Below are positions 40,024 to 50,893 of a stretch of DNA of 64,000 nucleotides, piece by piece. The stretch is from the NCBI GenBank assembly GCA_965261595.1, contig CBDHDG010000002.1, positions 192,001-256,000 on the forward strand. The letters are read 5' to 3'. Numbering within the stretch: position 1 is the stretch's first letter; the number at the start of each line of letters is the position of its first letter. The translations under genes and the position numbers were made by a program. This DNA is from a bacterium (lineage in GTDB: Bacteria; UBA8248; JACPRG01; G963555815). The notes beneath the pieces were generated by a model. It saw only the letters and a list, made by a program, of their open reading frames with translations. It searched no databases and had not been told where the DNA came from.

Positions 40024-43000
40024 CTATTTTCCGGGATCCGGCCCGAGCTTTGACAGGCGCCGGTAAAACGTGGCCCGGCTGATCCCGAGAAGACGCGCGG
40101 CGGCGGTGCGATTCCCTTTGGCGGCCTCCAGGGCGTTTCGCAACCGCTGGTCTTCGTCCTCCCCCTCTTCCCGCCCCCCCTCCAGGTTGAGGTCCGCCCC
40201 CGGCAGGGGCGCTGAGGACATCGGGGGCTGCGATCCGGATGGCGCGAGGAGCTCGGGCGGCAGGTCTTCACTGTGGATCACCGAGCCCTTGCATCGGACG
40301 ACGGCGAACTCGACCGCGTTTTGCAGCTCGCGGACGTTGCCGGGCCAGGAGTATTCCAAAAACCTGCTCATGGCCTCGACCCCCACATCCTGAATCGGCT
40401 TGGCGGTCGCCGCGCTGCATTGGCGGATGAACAACTCGACAAGGAGCGGGATGTCCTCGCGGCGCTCATGGAGGGGAGGGAGAAGAATCCGGGCGACGCG
40501 GATTCGGTAGAGGAGGTCGGCGCGGAAGGCCCCCTTGGCGACTTCCGCGTCCAGGTCCCATTGCGTCGCGGCGAGGACGCGGACGTCGATCTTTCGCTCC
40601 TTGGATTCGCCGACCCGGGTGATTTCCCTTTCCTGAAAGGACCCGCAGCAGGCGGGTCTGCACGCCGGCCGGAACGTCTCCGATTTCATCCAGAAAAATG
40701 GTTCCCCGGTTGGCGGTTTCGAACAGGCCGTGGTGGTCTTCCGTCGCCCCGGTGAACGCGCCCCGTTTGTGGCCGAACAACTGGCTTTCCAGCAGGGATT
40801 CGGTCAGGCCGGCGCAATTCACGGCGATGAACGGGCCGTCCTTCCGGTGGCCGGAGTCATGAATGGCCCGCGCGACCATCTCTTTGCCCGTTCCCGTTTT
40901 CCCCTCGATGAGGACGGTGAAGTCCACCTTCGCGACTTCCTGTATCCGCTGATACACGAGGTTCATCGACCGGCTTTTCCCCACGAGGTCCTGGAATTTC
41001 GCCTTCTCGTCCAGAAGCCGCCGCAGGTCTTCCACTTCCGAGATGTCGTACAGGAAGAAGATCTTCCGCTGCGGATCGCGCGGGTGGTCCTTCACATCGA
41101 CGTCAATCCGGTAGCGCCGCCCCCCGCGGGCCTCGATATTCAGGGAGATCCGGGCGCGTTCCGCCGAGGGGAGGGCGAACATGTCCTTGATCCGTGATTT
41201 GTCTTCTTCCTTGAAGGGGAAGACCGTTTCCCAATGCTTTCCCAGGACTTCTTCGGGGCCTTTCCGGAACAGATCCTGGCCGACCTGACTGAGAAACGTA
41301 ATCCCTCCATCCGCATCGGTCATCGCGGTGCCGAGACGAAGCTGATTGAGGATGGAGAGGATGTCGTCGTGGCTTTTCTCGATCTGGGCGAGCATCTCCT
41401 CGAGTTTTTGCTGCGCTTCGAGGCGCTCGGTGATGTCCCGGTAGATTCCGGTGACCTGAACTTGGTCCTCCACCTCGGCGATGGACAGAGAGACCTCGAG
41501 CGGGAAGGTGGATCCGCCTGAGCGCAGGCCCTCCATGATGTGGGTCCGCCCGAGGGGGCCGGGTTCTTTGGATTCGATCGCGCGGGTCACGAACTGGAGA
41601 TATTCCTCGCGGGAGGACTCGGTGAGCAGCTCGCCGATGGCCATTCGCCGGGCTTCGGTTTCCGAATACCCGAAGGCGCCGCGGGCGGAGGAGTTGAAGA
41701 AGGTGACCTTCCCGGCGGCATCGGTCAGGATCACGCCGTCGGTGGCCGTTTCCGCCAGCACCTGGTAACGCTCCGCGGAAGTGGCCGCCAGCCTGTCGTG
41801 CAGCCAGGCGTTCCGAACGGCCGTCGCCGCCTGGTCGGTAAAGGAGGAGAGCAGGTCGATCTCCTCCCGGGTCCACGCGTGGACCTCCTCGGTGAAGCAA
41901 TCCAAGACCCCAAGGAGGTGATCTCCCGCCAGCAGCGGAATCCCGATGTACGCGCCGAGGGGCTTTCCACGGCTCCAGGGCATCTCCATCCATCGGGCGT
42001 CTCCTCTCGCGTCCGGCAGGGCCAGGATCTCCCGATGCCGGGCCACCCAGCCGGCCAGCCCCTCGCCGACCTTCAGCGCGGCGGCCTCTTCAGCGCCGTC
42101 TCCCCCGGAGGAGGGGTTCACGGGTTTCAGAATTCCCCCCCCTTGCGCTCCCGATTGGACGGATCAGGTAGACGTCCGTGTGAACGCCGCTCACGAGCTC
42201 TCTGGAGGCGTCCTGGATGTTTCCCAGGACTTCCCCCATGTTCAGGACCGACGTCAGCTTCCGGTTGATCTGGTTGAGATTGGCGATCTGGGCGGACTTG
42301 CGTTTCGCTTCATCGAAAGAGCGGGCGTTGTCCAAAGCAACGGCGACCTGCGCGGACAGCGCTTCCATGATCTCGATGTCGGCCTGTGAAAACCGGTCCG
42401 GGACCTTGGAAACGCAATGCAGGACGCCGACCGCCTCTTCATGGGAAAAAAGAGGAACCCCGATATAGGCGTGAATCCCTTCCGTGCGCGCCCACTCGGC
42501 CTCCCTCGATTCCGTCCCTTGAATATCACCTTCCAGGACGGGTTTCCCCCCGCGGAGGACCGCGCCGCTGAGCGTTTCCTCCATCGGACGGCTGGGCGGA
42601 CCCGCGCGCGACGCTCCGATGCCGGCGGTGGCCTGGCTTTCGAGGCGGTCTCCCCCCGGCTTCGACAACAAGAGCTCGGAGAGATCCCCGCCGAGGAGCT
42701 TCGTCGTCGCCTCGACGACCGAGGTGAGCACGCCGTTGGGGTCCAGAGTGGAGGAGATCTGGCGGCTGAGGTCTTGAAGGACGGCCATCCGCTCGACGAG
42801 GGGGACCAGGGCCTCGTTCTGGGTCCGCAGCCAGCCCCTGGCCGCCCCCACGTAAAATCCAACGGCCCCCAGCAAATAGGAGCTGAGAATCGTCAGGATC
42901 ACATAGAACGAGCCATAAATCCGGACTTCATTGAGGAGGAAATCGGGAAAGGGCAACTTGCCCCGAGGGGCAAAGAGATAACCCAGGAGGGATATCACCA

Positions 43001-43139
43001 CCGGGACGCCCAGGCCCAGGACGATGCCGATCAGGGCGAATTGGACCCTGCGTCGCGTTACCTTCGGAAAATGAAAGCGCCAAGCGGGCAAAGCTCTGAT
43101 TCCGAAATCCGATGAAGCGGGATTCCCCTCCTCGTGCAT
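40024..43139 (-). pseudogene. Membrane-anchored sigma-54 enhancer-binding protein (TM-GAF-GAF-PAS-PAS-AAA+-HTH), two frameshifts
   Basis: GKTGTGKE, ESQLFGHKRGAFTGA, FLDEIG, WPGNVRELQN, Fis-type HTH; frameshifts at the C8/G8 run 42135-42142 and at ~40637. Confidence 0.85.
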
Positions 43140-43465
43140 CCCGCGAAGCCACGAAGCTTTTTTAAAGATATTGTAAGAGATTGTTTCGATTTTTCAATGA
43201 TATATACGCGGGCCGATCCACGGAGATTTGCCGCGGGGTCTATGTTCGCGGCGCTCTCTTCATCGGCTTCCGATGGTTGGCCGGGGAAATCCGGGCGGAT
43301 AACGGGGGCAACCAACGCGCCCCCGGCCTCCGGACGCACAGAGAGACTTCCGCCCGTCGCGGCGGTCAGAGCCTCATGAATGGACGGAGGCGCAAGGTCA
43401 TTCGCCCCGCGAAAATCATTTTGCCCTTGAAGGTCGATCCGGAAGGCCTCTCCGCGTATTCGCTC

Positions 43466-44512
43466 TCAACCTCCCTTTTTCAGAAAGACGCTGGGGAGGA
43501 ACCGGTTCGTGTAAATGTCTTCCACCGCGAGCTCGCCCTTGAGCTTCATGTACTTGAAGAGCAGGTCGCGCGTTTTTCTCATCTTCTCTTTCTCGATGTA
43601 GCCGAGACCGTTGATGAGCGTCCGGCTGGTCAGCATGTGGCGCATGGTCACTTTCCATTGCCGCCCGACCATCAGCTTGCTGGTTGCCGGGTTCATCAGC
43701 ACGAAGCGATTGACGGCCTGTTTCGGGTGCTCGACGGCCCAGGCGTACCCCCGAAGGGTCGCACCCACGAACCGTCTCACGAAATCCGCCCGGCCGTTGA
43801 TCAGCTCGTCGGAAGTCACGATCCCCGCCGCGTAGAGGTCCAGTCCGTAGTCGGGGTATCGAATCTCGACGAGCGACTTCCCCGCCTTTGCGGCCATCAC
43901 CTTCACGACCTCCCCCGTGAGGACAAACGTGACGATGGCGTCCACCTTTCCCGGCAACAGGCTTTGAGCGATGATGGCGGGGGACATGGGAAGCCAGCGG
44001 ATTTTGGACAGGTCCAAGTTGTTGGCCGCCGTAAAGGCCGGGAAGAGGATCTTGTCCGGTCCGGCGGACGAGCCCCCGATCGTGCGGCCCTCCAGGTCCT
44101 TGGGGCTGTTGATCCCTCCCCCCTTGACCGCATAGATCGCAAGCTGCGTCAGGTCATAGATGATCCCCACGTTCTTGACCATCAATCCCTTGGAGCGGGC
44201 GACGATGAGCGACCCCGAATCCGCTTCGCCGAAGTCAATCACGCGGGTGGCTACACGCTTGATGGTGTCCCCGGAGCCGAACCCGCGGCCGAGATCGGGG
44301 TCGATATTGGCCGCCTTGTAGAAACCGCGGTCTTGCGCCATCCAGAATCCCATGTGCCCCCCGTGGACCACCCAGGACATCGCCGCCTTGGCCTTGTCCG
44401 CCGCCCCCGCCGGGGACGTCATCCACCCAATGGCCGCCAGGACGGCGAGCGGAACGATCCCGCCGCGGAAGAATCGCCGGAGATTGCGCTGGAACGGAAT
44501 TTTCTTCAGCAT
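43466..44512 (-). CDS. ABC substrate-binding protein, NMT1/THI5-like
   Basis: WVVHGGHMGFWMAQDRGFY, GRGFGSGDT, PKDLEGRTIG; paralog of 5760-6740. Confidence 0.88.
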   Translation of the reverse strand: MLKKIPFQRNLRRFFRGGIVPLAVLAAIGWMTSPAGAADKAKAAMSWVVHGGHMGFWMAQDRGFYKAANIDPDLGRGFGSGDTIKRVATRVIDFGEADSGSLIVARSKGLMVKNVGIIYDLTQLAIYAVKGGGINSPKDLEGRTIGGSSAGPDKILFPAFTAANNLDLSKIRWLPMSPAIIAQSLLPGKVDAIVTFVLTGEVVKVMAAKAGKSLVEIRYPDYGLDLYAAGIVTSDELINGRADFVRRFVGATLRGYAWAVEHPKQAVNRFVLMNPATSKLMVGRQWKVTMRHMLTSRTLINGLGYIEKEKMRKTRDLLFKYMKLKGELAVEDIYTNRFLPSVFLKKGG

Positions 44513-44623
44513 GTTTTGTCTCCCCAAAGTGATACGACGTGACGAAAGCCTTCTCGCGACCCGCTGCCGGGTTCTCAGGGCCGGGTCACCGCATTTGCTC
44601 CCCGCGTGAATTCTCATCGTTCA

Positions 44624-46000
44624 TCATTTCCGGTCGGCCCCTTCGTTCATCATCGCCAGGAGGTCCGGGACGCGCTCCAGACCGGGGTGGACGGGCACCT
44701 CGGGGAACGGTTTCCCGAAGGGACGGGTGGCGTCAATGCCCATGGCCTCGCCCAGCTCCCCGGGGGGGACCGTCGGGTCCAGTGCCGGGGTGTTGTAATT
44801 GGAAACCACGACGATGTCCTGGCCGGGCCGGGAGCGGGTGGCGATGGCCCACAGCACTTGTTCGTGGTTGAAGACGTCGATGTCTTCATCGCAAACGACG
44901 ACGTACTTGGGGCGCTTCGTGCTCCCGAGCGCGGCCATGAGGAGGTTGCGGCCTTCTCCCAGAAACCCCTGCTCCATGCTGATGAAGTACATGAATTCGC
45001 AGCAGCCGGCCGCCGTCGAGTGAACGCCCCGGAGCCCGGGGAACTTCGGCTTCAAATCCCGGTGCAGGGTGGCCTCGTTGGGGATCTGCTTGAGGAAGTG
45101 GTTTTCCGTCATCGGCATCCCCGTCAGACCGGCGTGATAGATTGGGTTCTTTCGGTGGGTGATGGCCGTCACCTCCAGGACCGGGTCGATGGTGACCGCG
45201 CCGTAGTAGCCGCTGTACTCGCCGAACGGGCCTTGGGACTCGCGCCGGGTGGGCAGGAGCCGCCCCTCGATGACGATCTCCGATGTCGCGGGGACCTCCA
45301 GGTCCACCGTCTCGCACTTCACAACGTCCACCGGCTTCCCGCGGATGCCGCCGGCAAGCTCCATCTCGTCCACGCCGTAGGCGGCGCCGACCTGCGTGGC
45401 CAACATGATCACGGGGTCGCAGCCCAGGACCACCGCCACTTCGAGGGCCTCGCCCTTGGCCTCGGCCTTGGCGTATTGCCGGTAAAGGTGCGTGTAGCTC
45501 TCGGCGTGAAGGCTCATCTCGCGTGGACCGCGAAAGTGCATCCGATAAATGGAGGTGTTCTTTGTCCCCGTCTCCGGGTCCTTGCTGATCTGGACGCCGT
45601 GGGTGATGAACGCGCCCCCGTCTTTCTCGGCGTAAATGGGAATGGGCAACCGGCCCAAGTCCGCCTCGTCCCCTTTGAGGATGACTTCCTTGCAGGGCCC
45701 AGTGTCCACCCGGCGGTGCGGGATGGGGTTGCGCACCCCGGCGTCGAATTTTTCGTACACCGCCTCCGAGTCCGCTTCCAGGGCCAACAGGACCCGCCGG
45801 CGGTTGGCGAAGATGCCGCCCACGACCTCCATGTCATGCCCTTTGACGTTCTCAAACAGGATGGCCGGCCCCTGCTGATCCGAGGTCTTGCGGATGTAGG
45901 CCCCGATTTCGAATTTCGGGTCCACCTCGTCGGAGATCCGGACGATCTCTTTGCGCTCCTCGAGGTATTCGAGAAAATCACGGGGGTCGTCGAAGGGCAT
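44624..46000 (-). CDS. UbiD-family prFMN-dependent decarboxylase (copy 2, QGPFGE variant)
   Basis: DGGAFIT, NTSIYRM, VPATSEIVIEG, QGPFGEYSGYY, VVCDEDID..VLWAIATR. Confidence 0.93.
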   Translation of the reverse strand: MPFDDPRDFLEYLEERKEIVRISDEVDPKFEIGAYIRKTSDQQGPAILFENVKGHDMEVVGGIFANRRRVLLALEADSEAVYEKFDAGVRNPIPHRRVDTGPCKEVILKGDEADLGRLPIPIYAEKDGGAFITHGVQISKDPETGTKNTSIYRMHFRGPREMSLHAESYTHLYRQYAKAEAKGEALEVAVVLGCDPVIMLATQVGAAYGVDEMELAGGIRGKPVDVVKCETVDLEVPATSEIVIEGRLLPTRRESQGPFGEYSGYYGAVTIDPVLEVTAITHRKNPIYHAGLTGMPMTENHFLKQIPNEATLHRDLKPKFPGLRGVHSTAAGCCEFMYFISMEQGFLGEGRNLLMAALGSTKRPKYVVVCDEDIDVFNHEQVLWAIATRSRPGQDIVVVSNYNTPALDPTVPPGELGEAMGIDATRPFGKPFPEVPVHPGLERVPDLLAMMNEGADRK

Positions 46001-46397
46001 TCAGTGCGCTCCTCCATTCGGACGGCGATCTGTTCCTCCAGCCGCCTTGGGAGCGGCGTAGACACACCGTCAGGGACAATCAAGCGTCAGATTGTCACCA
46101 CTGATTAAGGAATGCGATATGTCCCCATGATTGCATTGTGGACATTTTTGTGTCAATTGCGATTTTCTCTGAGTCATCCCAAGTTTCTCCGCGCCTGAAG
46201 AGGTGAAGCGGACCAGTAAGACGAGGGGGAGGGGGGATTGCGCCGGTCGGAGATATGCTGCTGTGTGGCTAACCTGGATTTCTCACCAAGATAAGCGTCA
46301 AGCCTTCTTTTATTCTGTCAACTCATTGTGGGACAACCCCATGCCCGAAAAGAAGATTTCGACCTGTTGCGGATAGGGTGTCCCCTGGGCGTTTGTT

Positions 46398-46600
46398 GGG
46401 GGCGGGTAGTACAGAGCCCCGCCCCTACAGTTGAGTGTGCGTGAGCGCCTTTCCATGTAGGGGCCCGGACACTGTGCCGCCCCCCCCCCTTGGTCAGCGT
46501 GTAACCCGAGACCTCGTGCTGTAGCCCGATCAAATTCTTTGTGAGAAATGCGGGCTAAACCTGAAGGGCTTCTGGATTCCCGCCTACGCGGGAATGAGTG
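46398..46600. repeat. Cluster of short palindromic repeats (GTAG-type REPs and a GATTCCCGCCTACGCGGGAATGA element)
   Basis: GGGGCGGG...CCCGCCCCTACA and TGTAGGGGC... in opposite orientation, plus an ATTCCC-N8-GGGAAT palindrome at ~46577-46596. Confidence 0.55.
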
Positions 46601-46687
46601 TCGGAGAGAAAGGCTGGGCTTCCTCAATCCTGCATGGCGGGAGATTGTCCCATCGCCCCCGGGGGAGGAGGGGGGGGGGAGGAGAGG

Positions 46688-48058
46688 TCACCCGCTCCCC
46701 TCACGCATCATCGCCAGGAGGTCCGGGACGCGCTCCAGACCGGGATGGACGGGCACCTCGGGGAAAGGCTCCCCAAGGGGCCGGGTGGCGTCTATGCCCA
46801 GGGCCGAGCCGATCTCGCCTTTCGCCACCGTCGGGTCCAGCGCGGCCGTGGGCAGCTCGGGGAGGATGACCAGGTCCTTGCCGGGACGGGCCCGGGTGGC
46901 AATGGCCCAAAGCACCTTCGTGTGATCGTAGACATCGATGTCCTCATCGCACACGACGACGTATTTGGGGAGTTTCTTGCTTCCGAGGGCGCCCAGGAGG
47001 ACTTTCTTCGCTTCCCCCGGATAGACCTGCTTCATGCTGATGAAGACGATGTATTCGCAGCAACCGGCCGCCGTATAATGGACCGCCTGAATCCCGGAGA
47101 ACTTCGCCTTCAAATCCCGGTAGAGCGTGACCTCGTTGGGGATCTGCTTGAGGAAGTGGTTTTCCGTCATCGGCATGCCCGTCAGACCGGCGTGATAAAT
47201 CGGGTTCTTGCGGTGGGTGATGGCCGTGACCTCGACGATCGGGCGCTTCGAGGCGGGGCCATAGTATCCGGAGAACTCGCCGAAGGGGCCTTCCGGCTCC
47301 CGGCGGTCGGGGAGCATCAGGCCCTCGATGACGATCTCCGTCGTCGCCGGGACTTCCAGGTCCACCGTCTCGCATTTCACGACGTCCACAGGCTTTCCCT
47401 TGATTCCGCCGGCGATTCCGATCTCGTCTTCGCCGAAGGCGGCGACGACCTGCGTGGCCAACATCACCACCGGGTCGCAGCCCATCGCGACGGCCACTTC
47501 CAGGGGTTGACCCTTCGCCTCGGCCTTGACGTACTGGCGGTACAGGTCCTGGTATTCCTCGACGTACAGGCCGAGCTGGCGCTTTCCCTGGAACTGCATC
47601 CGGTAGATGGAGGCGTTCTTGGTCCCGGTCTCGGGGTCCTTGCTGATCTGGATGCCGTGGGTGATGAAGGCGCCGCCGTCGCCCTCGGCATAGACGGGGA
47701 TGGGCAGCCGGCCCAGATCCACCTCGTCTCCCAAGAGGATGACCTCCTTGCAGGGGCCTGTGTCTACAAGACGGCTGGGGATGGGGTTGGACACCCCCCC
47801 GTCGAATTTTTCGTGCACCTCGGCGGAATCGGTCTCCAGGGCCATGAGCACCCGCCTCCGGCTGGCGAAGATTCCGCCCACCGCGACCATGTCGTGGTCC
47901 TTGACGTTCTCGAACAGGACGGCCGGTCCCTGCTGGTCGGAGGTCTTGCGGATGTAGGCCCCGATATCGTACTTGGGGTCCACTTCGTCGGTGATCCGGA
48001 CGAGCTCTCTGCGCTCCTCCAGGTATTCGAGAAAATCACGCGGATCGTCGAAGGACAT
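46688..48058 (-). CDS. UbiD-family prFMN-dependent decarboxylase (copy 1)
   Basis: Same motifs with canonical EGPFGEFSGYY. Confidence 0.93.
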   Translation of the reverse strand: MSFDDPRDFLEYLEERRELVRITDEVDPKYDIGAYIRKTSDQQGPAVLFENVKDHDMVAVGGIFASRRRVLMALETDSAEVHEKFDGGVSNPIPSRLVDTGPCKEVILLGDEVDLGRLPIPVYAEGDGGAFITHGIQISKDPETGTKNASIYRMQFQGKRQLGLYVEEYQDLYRQYVKAEAKGQPLEVAVAMGCDPVVMLATQVVAAFGEDEIGIAGGIKGKPVDVVKCETVDLEVPATTEIVIEGLMLPDRREPEGPFGEFSGYYGPASKRPIVEVTAITHRKNPIYHAGLTGMPMTENHFLKQIPNEVTLYRDLKAKFSGIQAVHYTAAGCCEYIVFISMKQVYPGEAKKVLLGALGSKKLPKYVVVCDEDIDVYDHTKVLWAIATRARPGKDLVILPELPTAALDPTVAKGEIGSALGIDATRPLGEPFPEVPVHPGLERVPDLLAMMREGSG

Positions 48059-48109
48059 GGGGGGGTCTCCGGTTGCGGATGGGCAGCCTTCTCTTCAAGG
48101 CGCGCGCGT

Positions 48110-49042
48110 TCAAATCCCGAGAAGCTTCCGGGTGTTCTGGTGGAAAATGGCTTCCTCGTCGGCCTGGGGAAGGGAGAGGTCCCGGACGCAGGCTATCGCC
48201 TTGTCGATGAACTCACTTCCTCCGTTGGGGCCGAAGGGATAATCCGTTCCGTACACGATTTGTTCCGCGCCGAAGAGATCGATGGCGCAGCGGACCGCGG
48301 CGGACGAGACCGGTCCTCCCGTGTCGTAGAACATCTCCCGGTAGTATTCGATGACCGGGCGCTCGATTTGCGCCTTGGGTCCGGCTTGGCAGATGCGCTC
48401 CAGGAGATAGTGGGTCGCCCCGCCGAGGTGGGAGAGGATCAGCCTGATGTCCGGGAAGCGGTCCAGCACCCCGTTCAGGACCAGCCGGGCGGCGGCGTAG
48501 GCCGTATCCACCGGCCAGCCGATCCACAGCTCGAGGCGGTGGGTGTAAGCCTGGGCGGGGCCTTTCGGGTCCAGGGGATGGATCAGGATCGGAAGTTTCA
48601 ATCGGTTGATTTCCTCGTACAACGGCAGGAAACCCTCCTCGTCGAGTGGCGCCCCGCGGACGTTCGTCCCGAGGATGACCCCTTTCATCCCCAGGTCCGT
48701 GACCGCCCGTTTGACTTCCCGGATGGACGCCTCGACGTCCACCAGGGGAAGGGACGCGAAAGGGATGAACCGGTCCGGGTGTTGGCGGCACGCCTCGGCG
48801 AGACCGTCGTTCCCGGTCTGGATCAAGTCCCGCGCGGCGGCGGGATCGGCCGGGTACGACTGCAACGTCAGGGAGAGGACCTGAAGGTCGATCCCTTTCT
48901 CGTCGTTGAGGGCGAGATGGGCGTCCACGTCCCAGCGCGGAAGGTCGTACTCGGGTCGGGGCATGTCCTCACGCTCGACGAGGACCTTGAACAAATCGCG
49001 GAAGGCGTCCGGGTATTGGTGTCCGTGGATGTCGATGAGCAT
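48110..49042 (-). CDS. Amidohydrolase-2 family protein (ACMSD-like decarboxylase/hydratase)
   Basis: IDIHGH, ILIHP, ILSHLGG, YGTDYPF. Confidence 0.88.
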   Translation of the reverse strand: MLIDIHGHQYPDAFRDLFKVLVEREDMPRPEYDLPRWDVDAHLALNDEKGIDLQVLSLTLQSYPADPAAARDLIQTGNDGLAEACRQHPDRFIPFASLPLVDVEASIREVKRAVTDLGMKGVILGTNVRGAPLDEEGFLPLYEEINRLKLPILIHPLDPKGPAQAYTHRLELWIGWPVDTAYAAARLVLNGVLDRFPDIRLILSHLGGATHYLLERICQAGPKAQIERPVIEYYREMFYDTGGPVSSAAVRCAIDLFGAEQIVYGTDYPFGPNGGSEFIDKAIACVRDLSLPQADEEAIFHQNTRKLLGI

Positions 49043-49109
49043 TTTTCCCTCCTGGGTACGCTCCCTGAATCAGCCGGCGTTTCCGCTCGTGCGCGGCTTT
49101 CTTCCGTCC

Positions 49110-49526
49110 TCATTCATTCGGCTGAAACAGGGGCAGGGTGATCTCTTCGGTGGCCTTCTCGAAGGTCACATGGACGGCGAGGCCGATGCGGACGGCGTCC
49201 GGATCACAGCCGACGAGCCGGCTCATCATCCGGGGGCCTTCCTCCAGCTCGATGACGGCGATGACGTAGGGCGTCTCCCCCTCCCATGCCGGGGAATAGG
49301 CGTGGTGCTCGATGGTGAACGTGTACACTTCGCCCCGGCCGCTCACGGCCCGCCATTCGAACTCCTCCGACAGGCAGGTCGGGCAGAGACGCTTGGGGGC
49401 GTACCGAAAGCGCCCGCAGGCCCCGCAAAGCTGAAGCCTCAATTCCCCCTCCCGGCACCCCTCCCAGAACCCCCGGGAGTCGCTGTCGATGATCGGCAAG
49501 TGCTTCTTGTATTCCGCTTCCGCCAT
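49110..49526 (-). CDS. DUF35-type Zn-ribbon/OB-fold protein
   Basis: FWEG, CGACG...CPTC, SGRGEVYTFT, IELEEGPRM. Confidence 0.92.
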   Translation of the reverse strand: MAEAEYKKHLPIIDSDSRGFWEGCREGELRLQLCGACGRFRYAPKRLCPTCLSEEFEWRAVSGRGEVYTFTIEHHAYSPAWEGETPYVIAVIELEEGPRMMSRLVGCDPDAVRIGLAVHVTFEKATEEITLPLFQPNE

Positions 49527-50681
49527 TCAGCCTCTCCTCAGGACGAGGTTCGCGTGTGTGGCCAGGTCGCCGCCGTTGCCCGTGACCAGGCCCAGCTCGG
49601 CGCCCTCGACCTGGCGGGTCCCGCAGCCTCCCCGCAGTTGTTTGGCCGCCTCGGTGATGTGGGTCATGCCGTCGATATAGCCGTGGGACAGGAGACCCCC
49701 GTGCGTATTGACGGGGATCGTTTTCCCGAGGCCGATGGACCCCGCCTCCGCGAAGGGGCCTCCCTCGCCGACCTTGCAGAAACCGTAGGATTCGAGCTGG
49801 GCGAGAACGGTGAACGTAAAGCAGTCATAGAGCTCGGCGAAATCGAAGTCTCCGGCGGAGAGGCCATATTTCCGTTGCAGGTCGCGCGCGGCATCTTCCT
49901 CTCCCTGCTGGGCGGGGGAGGGGGCCTCGAAGAAATTCTTGTGCGTGTGGCACTGGGTCCCCCCCACGATCAGGACCGGGGCGTGGGGGAGGTCGCGGGC
50001 GCGCTCGGCGGTTGTGACGACGACCGCCGCGGCCCCGTCGGAGTTGAGACAGCAATCGAAGAGGCGGAACGGCTCCGCGATGAACCGCGAGTTCTGGTGG
50101 TCCTCAACCGTCATGGGTTTTTTCATCTGCGCCCCTTCGTTCAGCAGGGCATGGGTCCGCATGGCGACCGCGACGGCTCCGAACTGGGCGCTCGTGGTCC
50201 CGTACTCGTGCATGTGGCGCCGGGCTGCCATGGCGTAATTCGAGACGGGACCGATCCGGCCGAAGGGGTTCTCGAAGTTCTCGTATCCCCACGTCCGGCG
50301 GCCGTGCTTGGGACGGCCCCGGCCGGAAAGCCGGGCCTCGCCGCAGGTGCAGAGGATGGTTTCAGCGAGCCCCGCCGCGATGGCCGCCGCCGCGTGCAGC
50401 ACCATGACGACCGGCGTGGCCCCGCCCAGGTTGAGGTCCGAGGAGAACCGGGAGCGGAGCCCCAGCCCTTCCGCCACCTGAACGCAGAACATGAAGGCGG
50501 GGTCGTCGTAAGGGGGCATGGACAGGACGCCGTCGATGTCCGCTTTGGAGAGGCCGGTGTCCCGGATGGCCGCGGCCGCCGCCTCGATGTGAAGGGACAG
50601 ACTCGTTCGATCCGGAAGCTTGCCGACGTCCGTCTCACCGATTCCGGCGATGGCGCAGGAACCGGGGAAGCCATTATTCAT
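49527..50681 (-). CDS. Thiolase-fold protein, Ltp2/SCP2-type
   Basis: AIAGIGET, FDCCLNSDGA, ELYDCFT, NTHGGLLSHGY; Gly in place of the thiolase nucleophilic Cys (LGGATP). Confidence 0.88.
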   Translation of the reverse strand: MNNGFPGSCAIAGIGETDVGKLPDRTSLSLHIEAAAAAIRDTGLSKADIDGVLSMPPYDDPAFMFCVQVAEGLGLRSRFSSDLNLGGATPVVMVLHAAAAIAAGLAETILCTCGEARLSGRGRPKHGRRTWGYENFENPFGRIGPVSNYAMAARRHMHEYGTTSAQFGAVAVAMRTHALLNEGAQMKKPMTVEDHQNSRFIAEPFRLFDCCLNSDGAAAVVVTTAERARDLPHAPVLIVGGTQCHTHKNFFEAPSPAQQGEEDAARDLQRKYGLSAGDFDFAELYDCFTFTVLAQLESYGFCKVGEGGPFAEAGSIGLGKTIPVNTHGGLLSHGYIDGMTHITEAAKQLRGGCGTRQVEGAELGLVTGNGGDLATHANLVLRRG

Positions 50682-50742
50682 GAATTTCTCTCCTTAAACA
50701 TACCGCCTGACAAATCCCGGAGGGCGATTGACTTCTTCCGAA

Positions 50743-50857
50743 GCGGGATTCCTCACTTTGTTCGGAATAACAAGTGGAAGGCCGGCAGCCAAAATACTTC
50801 CTTGAGCCTGGCAAAGTTGCTGTCGGTGTCATTCCGAGCAAAGCGAGGAATCCCGCC
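50743..50857. repeat. Palindromic REP-like element
   Basis: GCGGGATTCCTCACTTTGTTCGGAATAACA ... TGTCATTCCGAGCAAAGCGAGGAATCCCGC inverted arms. Confidence 0.65.
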
Positions 50858-50893
50858 TCGAATCAAGGGAATGCTCCTTATCCTTTCCCCACC

